Positions 1 through 9,332 of a stretch of DNA of 64,000 bases are shown in pieces. Location of the stretch: NCBI GenBank assembly GCA_000002435.2, contig CM018792.1; one strand, 5' to 3'. The notes below the pieces were generated by a model. The model searched no databases and was not told the origin of the DNA. It saw only the letters and a program-made list of their open reading frames with translations. The position numbers and the translations under genes were made by a program. Numbering within the stretch: position 1 is the first letter of the stretch; the number at the start of each line of letters is the position of its first letter. Origin of the DNA: Giardia intestinalis (lineage: Eukaryota).

Positions 1-1533
1 ATCAACAACAGATTTATCAATCATATTCTCGTCAAGGAATTGCTGAAGCCTAACCAGGAGCTCCTCTCTATACAACCCTACATTGTCATGGACCATTTCC
101 AACTCATCGACAATCTCCACCGGTTTGTCCATCAGAGAAAGTACGTAGACAAAAGATACTTGATTCGGAAGAGAAATTTCAACGTTGATGCGAGACGTGA
201 GACTAGACTTGGTTGGTCTGCGCTTAATTACAACTGAAGAGGCTGTATCTAAATTGGCAGGAACATGGAGAATAGAGCCTGACTGATCAGTGGACACAGT
301 CTCAGAAGCAAGCACATGGCTCAAAGAGTTTGTCACTGCTGTAGTGGGCACAGCAACATTAACAACACTAACGCCCATGCTCGCCGGGCACACAGGCTTA
401 GATAAAGACTGTGGAATGTGGGACTGCTGAGGACCACGTGGCGAAGAAATTGGTAGAGAGGATTGCTGTGGAAGTTTTAGAGCTGTCTGAGCCGCGTTAA
501 CAGCAGTATGGCCTGTTGACTGCATAGTTTGTTCATGTGTTCCAAGAGATACTTGTGCAGAGGGTCCATGGTCCTTTGCATCGGTGGTGAGCTTTCCTGT
601 GTCGGACATATTTGACAGAAAGGGCTTGCTTAGCAACTCGCGTGCACTCGGGCGAGCAGAGGGATCCTTATTAATACATAGCAATATAAGGTCCTTCATC
701 TCCTTGTGAACAACTTTATTTAGCCCGTTCGGTGGGATATTGCCCTCGACCTTCTTGAGCACATCAACTATATTCGCACACTCTAGGTATGGGGTATCGC
801 GCGTAATAAGTTCCAACAGCAACATACCGAATGCATAGATATCCACCTTCTCATCATAGTGTGCATTGCTGTATGTTTCAGGCGCCATAAACTCAGGTGT
901 CCCTATGCAACTGACTGCTGTAGATTGAAGGCCTAGCGAAGCGCACAGACCCAGATCCCCGACCTTAACAACACCAGTGGCCCCGTTAATAAATATATTT
1001 TGTGCCTTAATGTCGCGATGGATTATCTTTGGTTGACACGTGTGCATGTAGTTTAGGGCTTCTAAGATCTGAAGGGCCCAACTCTTAAGCACAGGGGTTG
1101 TCAGGGCTGTGGGGTTCTTCTTCAAGTACTTCTTTAGGCACCCAGACGGCATGAGCTCAGTCGTGAAGATGAGCAGATTGCTACCTTCGAACCAATGATC
1201 ATAGAGCTTAATTATATTCTCGTGGTCAACATCTTTGAGAGCCTTGATCTCCTGAAATAGCTTGCTTGATGCCATTGGCTCCAGAGTGTCGAGGACGACC
1301 TCGTTCCAAGCCACCTCTCGGCCTGCTATCAAATCAAACGCCCTATAGACAGTTTTGAACGCGCCTTTTCCCAAAACATCCCCCGAGTACTTCAAGTAAC
1401 GGTCGGACGGCCCAAGAGTATCGGAGAATGGATTGTAATAAACGCCTTCGTTACGGAGCGGAGAGGATTCTACCTCAGGATACGGCTGATTCTGGGTGCC
1501 CGCAAATACACTGAGTGGAGCAACAATCTCCAT
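1..1533 (-). CDS. WNK-family Ser/Thr protein kinase, C-terminus beyond window start
   Basis: My translation of the minus strand from the ATG at 1533-1531 stays open for 511 codons to position 1. Stops lie just upstream of that ATG. Motifs are GKGAFKTVY, EVAWNEV (no beta3 Lys), IIHRDIKAQNIFING, VKVGDLGL and IGTPEFMAPE, which match the WNK pattern. It is missing from the ORF track because the window edge truncates it. Confidence 0.85.
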   Translation of the reverse strand, partial: MEIVAPLSVFAGTQNQPYPEVESSPLRNEGVYYNPFSDTLGPSDRYLKYSGDVLGKGAFKTVYRAFDLIAGREVAWNEVVLDTLEPMASSKLFQEIKALKDVDHENIIKLYDHWFEGSNLLIFTTELMPSGCLKKYLKKNPTALTTPVLKSWALQILEALNYMHTCQPKIIHRDIKAQNIFINGATGVVKVGDLGLCASLGLQSTAVSCIGTPEFMAPETYSNAHYDEKVDIYAFGMLLLELITRDTPYLECANIVDVLKKVEGNIPPNGLNKVVHKEMKDLILLCINKDPSARPSARELLSKPFLSNMSDTGKLTTDAKDHGPSAQVSLGTHEQTMQSTGHTAVNAAQTALKLPQQSSLPISSPRGPQQSHIPQSLSKPVCPASMGVSVVNVAVPTTAVTNSLSHVLASETVSTDQSGSILHVPANLDTASSVVIKRRPTKSSLTSRINVEISLPNQVSFVYVLSLMDKPVEIVDELEMVHDNVGLYREELLVRLQQFLDENMIDKSVVD

Positions 1534-1666
1534 GATGGGGTAGTAGTAGTCTTACTAAAGAGGTAGGCTGTACGGATGTCCGCTCTTTTGTACCAACTTA
1601 ATTTTTCGCATTAAATGTTAGTATTTTTTAATTTCTATACTTCAGCCCTCTGATTTACACGTCAAC

Positions 1667-2068
1667 ATGTGCATATTCTGCTCCATTGTTGCCCGCGATG
1701 TCCCTTCTGAAGCCGTTTATGAAGACGAGCACGTTCTTGCCTTTTTGGATATTATGCCGAGCGCCCCGGGTCACTGTGTAGTCATACCGAAGTATCACGC
1801 GGCCCTTTTCCATGAGCTCCCCCCTGCCTCCGCAGCTGCTCTAGGCGCTGCTCTTGTCAAGGTGTCTGGCGCGTTAATTAAGGCCATGGAATGCTCGTGT
1901 TACAATATTGTCAACAATAACGGGCCAGAGGCAGGACAGGAGGTTCCACATGTTCATTTCCACATCATTCCTCGTAAGGCCGGCGACGGTCTTGGGTACA
2001 AGTTCTCTCCGCAGAGTGGAGGAGACCTCTCTAAGATTGCAGCTCGCATAAGAGAATGTATGGAGTGA
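1667..2068 (+). CDS. HIT-family (HINT-like) nucleotide hydrolase
   Basis: 133-aa ORF starting at an ATG. It carries the histidine-triad motif HVHFHIIPR and an N-terminal CIFC. Confidence 0.85.
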   Translation: MCIFCSIVARDVPSEAVYEDEHVLAFLDIMPSAPGHCVVIPKYHAALFHELPPASAAALGAALVKVSGALIKAMECSCYNIVNNNGPEAGQEVPHVHFHIIPRKAGDGLGYKFSPQSGGDLSKIAARIRECME

Positions 2069-2153
2069 CTCAGCTGTCGCTAATTCCTGTCTACTATGAG
2101 CTCCAGTAATAACCAGGACTGCAGACGATCACTGAGCATCTGTAGAGCTGTGA

Positions 2154-3617
2154 CTAAAAGAGGAGCATAGCTGTTTCTACCAACTTAATGTATATAGGCT
2201 CTATGAGATCAATCTGATCGTTTATCCGCTGCACCTGATTGCTGGCTAATAGGGTAAATTGGAGTTCTTCAATTTGTTTCAATTTGCTCCTCATGTTATA
2301 GAGACAAGTAAAGGCTGCGTTGGCAGCCACGGAGGAGAAATTGGGGTTAGTGCTATACAGGAAGTAGCTCGTTTCAACCTTTGGTTCTGCACTGGTGGAC
2401 AGCATGGTTATCTGCAGGTACCCCTCTGTGCATAGTGTTGTGAGGAGCGAGACGGCCTGAGACCGTGGAATCATCCCCTCGGCAGCCACAACTGACGCCT
2501 CCATCATCCCTCTTGCTCGTATGATGTTGAACATGCGACGGGCCATGGGGCCATGGCGCTCCGCAACGATGCGTAGAAGCACTGCCATCTGCATGCGCTC
2601 TATTGCTGCATCTATGTCTACAATGTATTGCCCATCACTGGTCATGTGCATCATGGCTTTAGGTTCTGAAACGTACAGCTTGAGCACTGACGCACAAAAG
2701 GAAAGCGTGAAGTTGCTTCCTGTAGCATTTAGACTGTATTGTGCATTCATCAATGCGTCGTGCAGTTGCTCCAAGTTAAAAGAGCGCGTACTGGGTCGCA
2801 CATCTGCTGGAGAAAATGGACAAAATCCTAGAGCCTGAAAGGAGTTGGAGATGAAAAGGGCTGCACGAAAAACAGTGCCCATATCTCTGTCATAGACAGT
2901 ACAGACGTAGTCTGCCAGCTCCTCTTCCTGAAAGAGCGCGATAAGCTGCTCAACGCTCACGCAGTATGACTCTCCACTATCAGATACATTATCAGACTCC
3001 AGACTGTGCAAGCCATGGGAATGCTTCCGTGGGGGCTCTGTGGACTCGGGACCTTTGACGTTGTGACTCTGATGGTGATGTGCATAGTAAACCGAGGTAA
3101 GAAGATTCTGACAGCGTTCTCTGAGTTCTGAACTGCGTTGAACGACTCCGCGAGATAAGAGAGTGGATAAGGTTTCCAACAGACGTGGAAGCCCTACGTC
3201 TACGCCCATGGTGCGAAGAACCTCCAAGATCTCTGGTGCTGTCATGGAGCCACCCAGAGTGAGGGCGGCTAGTAGCTGATCCCCCAGACCATCAAGGTCA
3301 GAAACCCGGGGCAGAACAATGGGGCAGAACATTCGCACCATTGCTTGCTCAGAAAAAACACCATAGACCATGTGCTTTCTGCTCAACTCATGTCCATTGC
3401 GAATAACCGGAAGTTCCACAAAAAAAGCGATATTGTGCCTCAAGAGGGCCATCATGGATGTCTTGATGATGTCAGGCGGCAATCTAACGGCGGTAACAAG
3501 GTCATTGAGCGTGCCGAAAGCCACCTCCATGAGATATTGCACAATAGCGACCGCTGTGGTGTCAAAGTACTCCTCGACGCAGGAGAGGACAACACTTTTG
3601 AATCCTGAAAAGTGCAT
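2154..3617 (-). CDS. RNA polymerase III subunit RPC3/RPC82-like
   Basis: The ORF-track start at 3680 is TTG, and the first ATG is at 3617. The N-terminal pattern (FG..V..I...L, HN.., winged-helix-like repeats) resembles RPC82/POLR3C. This assignment comes from memory of the family, not from a search. Confidence 0.5.
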   Translation of the reverse strand: MHFSGFKSVVLSCVEEYFDTTAVAIVQYLMEVAFGTLNDLVTAVRLPPDIIKTSMMALLRHNIAFFVELPVIRNGHELSRKHMVYGVFSEQAMVRMFCPIVLPRVSDLDGLGDQLLAALTLGGSMTAPEILEVLRTMGVDVGLPRLLETLSTLLSRGVVQRSSELRERCQNLLTSVYYAHHHQSHNVKGPESTEPPRKHSHGLHSLESDNVSDSGESYCVSVEQLIALFQEEELADYVCTVYDRDMGTVFRAALFISNSFQALGFCPFSPADVRPSTRSFNLEQLHDALMNAQYSLNATGSNFTLSFCASVLKLYVSEPKAMMHMTSDGQYIVDIDAAIERMQMAVLLRIVAERHGPMARRMFNIIRARGMMEASVVAAEGMIPRSQAVSLLTTLCTEGYLQITMLSTSAEPKVETSYFLYSTNPNFSSVAANAAFTCLYNMRSKLKQIEELQFTLLASNQVQRINDQIDLIEPIYIKLVETAMLLF

Positions 3618-3683
3618 GTGTTTAGAGCCTGGCGCAGACCTGGGACGAAAAGGCAGACAACCCTCACCGACAGAATTCAAAAA

Positions 3684-4253
3684 ATGGATATACGTACACT
3701 TAACGTTTTACTCAAAGACGTCGTCTCTTTTGTGGAGCGTGTCCTACTACACGAGCCCTCTCTTTATCGTATACCGGGTCCAGACACAGAGGCACGAGCC
3801 ATGCTTAACAAATATTTGATGGGGGAGCGGCCTAATCTGGACACTGAGCTTGTCGATCCATTCACCGCCACAACACTGTTAAAGTATGCCATTAAGAACC
3901 TTGACAAACCCCTCATCGCGAGAGAATTTTATCCTGCCCTAAAAATGATCTTGTACTTTGAGGAAAAATTGGGGCACGCTCCGGAACGGGCCCTCACCCG
4001 TGTATACGATAGCTTTCTGGACCAGGATAGAAGAGAGTTCTTCGAAGTCTTTGCCAAGCATTTACTGAAAGTAGCTGGGGAGCCAGAAAATAACATGACA
4101 CTGATAAACCTTGTAACGGTATTTGGCCCAACATGCATCTTGCCGTACCGGGAGATGCAGCTTGAGCAGATGCGTACGGGCCCAGCAATCCTCTTGTACA
4201 TTATAAACTTTGCTGCCAAGAGAGCAGGCGTGGCACAAGTCTGCACTACATGA
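3684..4253 (+). CDS. RhoGAP-domain-like protein
   Basis: ATG at 3684 preceded by 'ttcaaaaa'. 'SLYRIPG' resembles the GIYRxSG arginine-finger motif, followed by 'TLLKYAIKNLDKPLI', which resembles LK.FLR.LP.PL. Confidence 0.5.
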   Translation: MDIRTLNVLLKDVVSFVERVLLHEPSLYRIPGPDTEARAMLNKYLMGERPNLDTELVDPFTATTLLKYAIKNLDKPLIAREFYPALKMILYFEEKLGHAPERALTRVYDSFLDQDRREFFEVFAKHLLKVAGEPENNMTLINLVTVFGPTCILPYREMQLEQMRTGPAILLYIINFAAKRAGVAQVCTT

Positions 4254-4288
4254 TTAGTAGGGCTGGATCTGCGAGGAAACAGACAGAA

Positions 4289-4618
4289 TTAAAAGAATCC
4301 TTTCTTGCGTGCAACGTGAACAAGGATAGTCTTAATTACATAGCTGCCAAGCACCAATATATTAGCCACAAGCAGAGGTGTGTGCATGCGCAGAGATTGG
4401 CTCTTCTGAACGACCTTACTAGAGCCTAAGGTGTTGTGAATGTGTGTTATGTTTCTATTTGTATGACTTCGAAGATGAGATAGACGCCTTTCAGCCTCCT
4501 CTATAGACCGCTCCAGGGTGTTAATAGTAATTTCTAAGCGCCTATCCTCTCGAGCAAGCGCCAAGGCACGCGTGTAGCAGGCGTGTGCTTGGGTTGCTAT
4601 CTCTGCTAAAGTCTCCAT
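4289..4618 (-). CDS. small tail-anchored coiled-coil protein (hypothetical)
   Basis: The track start is TTG. The first ATG is at 4618, preceded by 'ttaataaaa'. A heptad-like helical region is followed by a C-terminal hydrophobic segment, LLVANILVLGSYVIKTILV. Confidence 0.5.
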   Translation of the reverse strand: METLAEIATQAHACYTRALALAREDRRLEITINTLERSIEEAERRLSHLRSHTNRNITHIHNTLGSSKVVQKSQSLRMHTPLLVANILVLGSYVIKTILVHVARKKGFF

Positions 4619-4726
4619 TTTTATTAAGATAAGTTGGGGCTGACGGACAGAGCAAGGGTCGTACCAGGTATCTAAGGGCCTGTGGATAAAGGTAGATAGA
4701 ACCAAGAAAGACAATAAGCTATTGCA

Positions 4727-5044
4727 TTATTGCATAATGCTCGATTGAAGAACTTGGAGGAGAAGAATGCACACTATTGCTACTAGCGAACAACAATTGA
4801 CAAACAACACAGTGCTGTGAGCAGCACCTGTGAGCTTGAGTCGAAGAAATATGACCTCGCCATTTTTGTCCCTCCGCACGACATCAGCTTCTGTTCTTTT
4901 CCTCAATTGGTTCAACCTTGTTGTAAACGTATCGATAAGCTCCTGCATCTCGCCTATTCGTTCGTCCAGCTGCTGTATTTCATTGTTGAGGCGAATGCCC
5001 TCCATATAAAGACTCTGTGCTTGGTCTTCGATCAACGCCAGCAT
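4727..5044 (-). CDS. small tail-anchored coiled-coil protein (hypothetical)
   Basis: ATG at 5044 preceded by 'gagaaaaaatag'. A coiled-coil N-terminal part is followed by a C-terminal hydrophobic segment, LFVNCCSLVAIVCILLLQVL. The architecture matches the neighbouring gene. Confidence 0.5.
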   Translation of the reverse strand: MLALIEDQAQSLYMEGIRLNNEIQQLDERIGEMQELIDTFTTRLNQLRKRTEADVVRRDKNGEVIFLRLKLTGAAHSTVLFVNCCSLVAIVCILLLQVLQSSIMQ

Positions 5045-5063
5045 CTATTTTTTCTCTTAAGCA

Positions 5064-7121
5064 ATGATACAATTAACTCTACGAACAGATGCTATTGAAG
5101 GACTCTGTGCTGCTATCTCCTACTTCATAGATGCAATGGCTGTATTCAAAGAGATTAATATGTGCTTCCTCTTTGAAAAGGCTCCTGCAAACCAGGCTAT
5201 TCACATTTTTGCAGCCACCACTGGCATTGACCCAAGCGGCGGCACTGCCTCTTTCCTCATTGACTCACCATTCATTGACATTGTCAACACGCCAGATCCG
5301 GCTCGAAGAGGAGATAATTCGTCAATCTTATTATCTGTCTATTCCTCTACCTTGGTTCCTCTTAAAACTCTGTTGGAGCATCACGGGGAGTACCCTCTAG
5401 TGATAGAGTTTAATGTTGTTGACGGTACCAGCTATGCCGTTTTCTTGAGGTACCTCTCGTTAATGAAGTTCAAGCAAGCGTTTGACAGTATGTATGTTTC
5501 CTCTCAGATCCATCTGAGTCTGATCAGCGTTACATATGGACTTACGCCTCTACAATATTTAGTAGCTATTACATCTATTTTTCAATCTACTTACCCAATT
5601 AGATTGCACGCACAAAAAAATGGTGGGCAGAATCCGCTGGCAAGCGCTCTTACAATTCGGCTTTTAATGAATAGTTGCTGTAGTCTAGTCTATGGATTGC
5701 CAGCATTTTATCCTAGAGTGCATTTACCCATCTTTTCCGTTGACGCATCTGACGCAAGTTCATTCCTGCGTCTTTTACGCAAATCTAGTGGCCATTCTGA
5801 TGGAAATCACCTTTCACTATCAACAAGCATTTGTAGGACAGCAGAGGCAGAGTTTGAGCAGCTTCAAACGTCCATCAAAGACAAGGTACCAGAGGTGCTT
5901 GATTTACTACATTGTCCGCATACATCTCATGCACAACAACTGGCTGGCCTTGTTTGGGGTACACTCAATACATCCCTTCTGACTCTTATGCATTGCCCCA
6001 AGCTCCTTGTCCAGCTGGGAGGTGCCACAACCAAGGCGATGCTGAATGCAGTCACCACTCAGACCAAGCCAATGCTTCAAGCGTCAGTGGATGTGGACCA
6101 GATTGCATCGTGCATTGCAGCAGCTCAGGGCCCTGAAGAATGCTACTGTGCATCCGATCTTTTCACATACTTTCAGTCTTCGCTTAAGTATGCATCTGCG
6201 TGCATGTATCTTCAAGGAGAAACAGCGCTGCGGTCGTTTCTTGATCTACAAACGCAGTACCCATCCATCTCCTATGAAGTAGTATTGAGTGCTTCTAGCC
6301 AGGAGGTCCTGGCCAGAGATCTTCAAAGCACAACTGGGGTCTTTGCATCATCTCTACCTGGAGTAGAGCTTCATGTAATGCGGCGCCTGGGACCACAAAC
6401 ATATGCAGTGGTGACAACCAAAGACCTTGTCAATCAGTTTTTTTTCGCTTTTTCTGGTGCTTTCTTCCCCTCGTCACCTCCCACACAAAAGGATAAAGCG
6501 ACGATGGACTATAAGCAAGGGTACGATAATTATACAGTTCCATCTCTGAGTATGCAATGCACGTCCAGTGGCAGCGGTGGACAGCAGATTAGACTTAATG
6601 TCAATCCGCAGCCGATTAACTATGTACACTCGCAATCTCCTGTGGTTACCAGTATAGAGCTGCAGCGGACCAAAAATACTCCACAGGTAAAAGAGACTTC
6701 ACCAACCAGCATGTTTGGTGTCAGGACTCCACCTACCCCAAAGGATGGTTCACCCATCCTTGACGACGGTTCTGTCAAACTAGTGGACCAAACACCAATC
6801 TACCTATCGCAGCAAAGCCCCAGTTCTAAGGATATTTGTCTAGATGCCTCTGGGAGTATAGTTGCCACATGCTTGAACAGTGTTGCCCAAGTATCATTAG
6901 GGAAAACTGCGGATGATGGTAATAGTATGACCCCTTTTCAATCTACCCTCCTTACCAGAGACAAGTCATTGCCCTCAACCAATCAACAAGCAGGTTCTGT
7001 TGTATCGACCCACCTATCAGATTGTCAATCCGAACATAATCTTATTTCCTATATTCTAGGGACGGACAGCGACAGTGGCATTAGTGGGGATATTGAGTTC
7101 ATAATGGATGCACTGTTGTAG
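5064..7121 (+). CDS. hypothetical protein (685 aa)
   Basis: Long ATG-initiated ORF of host composition. No family recognised. Confidence 0.6.
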   Translation: MIQLTLRTDAIEGLCAAISYFIDAMAVFKEINMCFLFEKAPANQAIHIFAATTGIDPSGGTASFLIDSPFIDIVNTPDPARRGDNSSILLSVYSSTLVPLKTLLEHHGEYPLVIEFNVVDGTSYAVFLRYLSLMKFKQAFDSMYVSSQIHLSLISVTYGLTPLQYLVAITSIFQSTYPIRLHAQKNGGQNPLASALTIRLLMNSCCSLVYGLPAFYPRVHLPIFSVDASDASSFLRLLRKSSGHSDGNHLSLSTSICRTAEAEFEQLQTSIKDKVPEVLDLLHCPHTSHAQQLAGLVWGTLNTSLLTLMHCPKLLVQLGGATTKAMLNAVTTQTKPMLQASVDVDQIASCIAAAQGPEECYCASDLFTYFQSSLKYASACMYLQGETALRSFLDLQTQYPSISYEVVLSASSQEVLARDLQSTTGVFASSLPGVELHVMRRLGPQTYAVVTTKDLVNQFFFAFSGAFFPSSPPTQKDKATMDYKQGYDNYTVPSLSMQCTSSGSGGQQIRLNVNPQPINYVHSQSPVVTSIELQRTKNTPQVKETSPTSMFGVRTPPTPKDGSPILDDGSVKLVDQTPIYLSQQSPSSKDICLDASGSIVATCLNSVAQVSLGKTADDGNSMTPFQSTLLTRDKSLPSTNQQAGSVVSTHLSDCQSEHNLISYILGTDSDSGISGDIEFIMDALL

Positions 7122-7148
7122 TAAGCTCGTGTTCGTAAACAAAAAAGG

Positions 7149-7886
7149 ATGGGGTGGGATCTGCCAATTGATGGGCTTCCTTCACCAGCTACAAGTCCTG
7201 GCCGTAAGTATTTAGAAAGTGACTACAAAATGAACAATAGCTTTCTGTGCGAACCGGAGTGTGAGGCGCCAGAACCCCATGCTGGGTACCATACTAATAC
7301 TGATTCTAGACAGGCTCCTATTGACACACCCGTAGAATTTCGCTATGTAAATGTTACAAATCCGCGGCAAACAAGCATAGAAACAGGCACATTCACGGTT
7401 AACACCCCCTCTGTCCCATGTATTACGGAATCCATAATTGATGATCAGGAGCTGGAGGGCCCCGCTGTTTGGCAGAAAAAGCAGCACGTAGGTATTCACT
7501 CAAGTTGTGGCAGCGACGATGATCTGTCTTTGAAGAAACCTGATCAACCAAAGATGATCAAGCCAGACTACACGTATCAGACCATGTCGTCTAACTTGCC
7601 TAAGATACCCACGGACGAGGAGCTGAACACGCTGATAGCTACAGAGACACACAAAACCAATATTCCTAAAAAGCGCCCTGTAAGCAATTTTGCCAAGACT
7701 GTTGAGAAAAAGGCACAATTGGCCCCTAAATCTGGCGTAGGAAGGGACGTAATAATGCGGAAACTTGGAGCCCTTCTTACAGACACTCCAAGCGACGTTC
7801 CAGTTTACTCTATGGACGACAAGACTCTAGTTGCTCTCACCGAACAAGCTCTAATGAGCTTCAGTGACTCTCTTTATAAGTGGTAA
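7149..7886 (+). CDS. hypothetical protein (245 aa)
   Basis: ATG preceded by 'aaaaaagg'. ORF of host composition. No family recognised. Confidence 0.5.
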   Translation: MGWDLPIDGLPSPATSPGRKYLESDYKMNNSFLCEPECEAPEPHAGYHTNTDSRQAPIDTPVEFRYVNVTNPRQTSIETGTFTVNTPSVPCITESIIDDQELEGPAVWQKKQHVGIHSSCGSDDDLSLKKPDQPKMIKPDYTYQTMSSNLPKIPTDEELNTLIATETHKTNIPKKRPVSNFAKTVEKKAQLAPKSGVGRDVIMRKLGALLTDTPSDVPVYSMDDKTLVALTEQALMSFSDSLYKW

Positions 7887-7984
7887 ACCATATCACCAAC
7901 GCATGCAGAGACGTCAAAGGTTTGAAGAGTCCGTAGAGTACTAGATTGCCCCAAAGACTAAAATTCAGAAATTAAAAACATTAA

Positions 7985-9307
7985 ATGGTCAAAGGACTGG
8001 CGAAGGAGCAGAAGGTGCGTCTCTACCTTGGTGGACTGAAGAATGTAGAGCAGCTAATGAAAGGGGATGTTTTGATGGGCGACGACGGGAATCCACGTAC
8101 CATCAGTGCTGTGCATTCGTCAATGTCCAAAACGTACACCATTACCTATTCGTCCTATTTGGATGTTAAGGACGACCGGAGTTTTGTCTGTGGAGATGAT
8201 GCTGTTCTTATTTTAATCCCCGATGGGAACCGAGAGGTGAATAGAATTATTAATACCGGAGCAGACAACCAATATGTGGTTGAGTTTGTTGAGCCTGTCA
8301 CGGACGCAATGAAGTCCATCTCTGGCGTCAAGCTGCAGTGGAAAGTCTTTGCACAAGCTGACGACGCGCTTTCATATGTGGATCGTAGTCTCCCGAATTT
8401 TCTCTATGAATCTAAGTTGAGCGACTTCATCAAGTTAGAGCCTAAGCTTCAGCGCATGTTCAAGCTTGTTCGTCCGCTTCTTCCAATACGTTTTGTTGAC
8501 GCAGTAACGGTGATTCAAGATGAAACCAAAACAGACGTTGATATCTTGAAGAATATGGATATTCGCCCAACAGACCTGCCATGGTTGTGTGGCCTCTATC
8601 TGATTACCGGGATATGTATTGATGAGAGGTCGTTCCGCTTCCACTTGAAGGAGCTCAATAGTAACATTGCGGGAGAGGTTAAGCGTATATTCCGCTGTTT
8701 GAATTCCTATTATGAAATACAATTTGATGAGGCTTCGGAGAATTACACCATTAGGTTCCAAGGTGCCAGTGAGACAAACGACTTTTTCAAGCGGTTTATG
8801 ATCCAGTTTGGAATGTATGACGCTCGTACGAAGCGATACGTGAAGGATTCATTGAACCCACAGGTGTATCTTGAGAGCTTCAGTAGAATACGGGGCCCTT
8901 TTCTAGCAGGGATCCTCGATGGTAGCTCTGGGTACGGATTATCGGACATAAACCATGGACTGGAGTGTTATATTAGAGGGATCTCATCACCGGCGACACG
9001 GGAGGTGGTCGCTGACCTTGCCCGTTCGTGCTCTCTTAGCGCTGTTGTTGACCAGAGTGACAATAATACGCTAATCTTAGCAGGCGGAATGCTCTTCCGT
9101 GTACCGTGTGTCTCCACAATTCCTAAGGACTTTCCAGGGCTAGTGTCCCTCACATCCTACCCCAACCCAGACGGGAGCTCTGTTCTGCTTGGCATGCCTA
9201 TGCCATTCTCCATAAAAGAGTCTGGCACGCGCGAATGCTATTTCTTGGACATCCAGGAGCCGAACAAGCGGTGCCTTCTCTCCGACTACACCGTTGTTCA
9301 TCTCTAG
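7985..9307 (+). CDS. free-standing VMA1-intein / HO-endonuclease-like protein (Hint + LAGLIDADG architecture)
   Basis: Collinear similarity to PI-SceI as I remember it. GLAKEQKVRLYLGGLKNVEQLMKGDVLMGDDGNPRTI aligns with CFAKGTNVLMADGSIECIENIEVGNKVMGKDGRPREV. WLCGLYLITG aligns with LLGLWIGDG. FLAGILDGSSGYG aligns with FLAGLIDSDGYV. DLARSCSLSAVV aligns with SLARSLGLVVSV. The C-terminal TVVHL aligns with VVVHN. Confidence 0.7.
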   Translation: MVKGLAKEQKVRLYLGGLKNVEQLMKGDVLMGDDGNPRTISAVHSSMSKTYTITYSSYLDVKDDRSFVCGDDAVLILIPDGNREVNRIINTGADNQYVVEFVEPVTDAMKSISGVKLQWKVFAQADDALSYVDRSLPNFLYESKLSDFIKLEPKLQRMFKLVRPLLPIRFVDAVTVIQDETKTDVDILKNMDIRPTDLPWLCGLYLITGICIDERSFRFHLKELNSNIAGEVKRIFRCLNSYYEIQFDEASENYTIRFQGASETNDFFKRFMIQFGMYDARTKRYVKDSLNPQVYLESFSRIRGPFLAGILDGSSGYGLSDINHGLECYIRGISSPATREVVADLARSCSLSAVVDQSDNNTLILAGGMLFRVPCVSTIPKDFPGLVSLTSYPNPDGSSVLLGMPMPFSIKESGTRECYFLDIQEPNKRCLLSDYTVVHL

Positions 9308-9332
9308 AGGTTAGAAATCCATCAGAGTAAAT

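Noticed and set aside
40-237. A 65-aa plus-strand ORF at the window start.
   Set aside because: It lies antisense to the C-terminal region of the WNK-like kinase ORF, which is open across the whole interval.
2521-3819. Antisense or overlapping ORFs within clearly assigned genes. Examples are 2521-2838, 3345-3608, 3370-3819, 29748-30428, 42606-42995, 49390-49995 and 55256-55831.
   Set aside because: They lie opposite or out of frame to genes with recognisable domains or much longer ORFs. They have no initiator context and low-complexity translations, so they are shadow ORFs.
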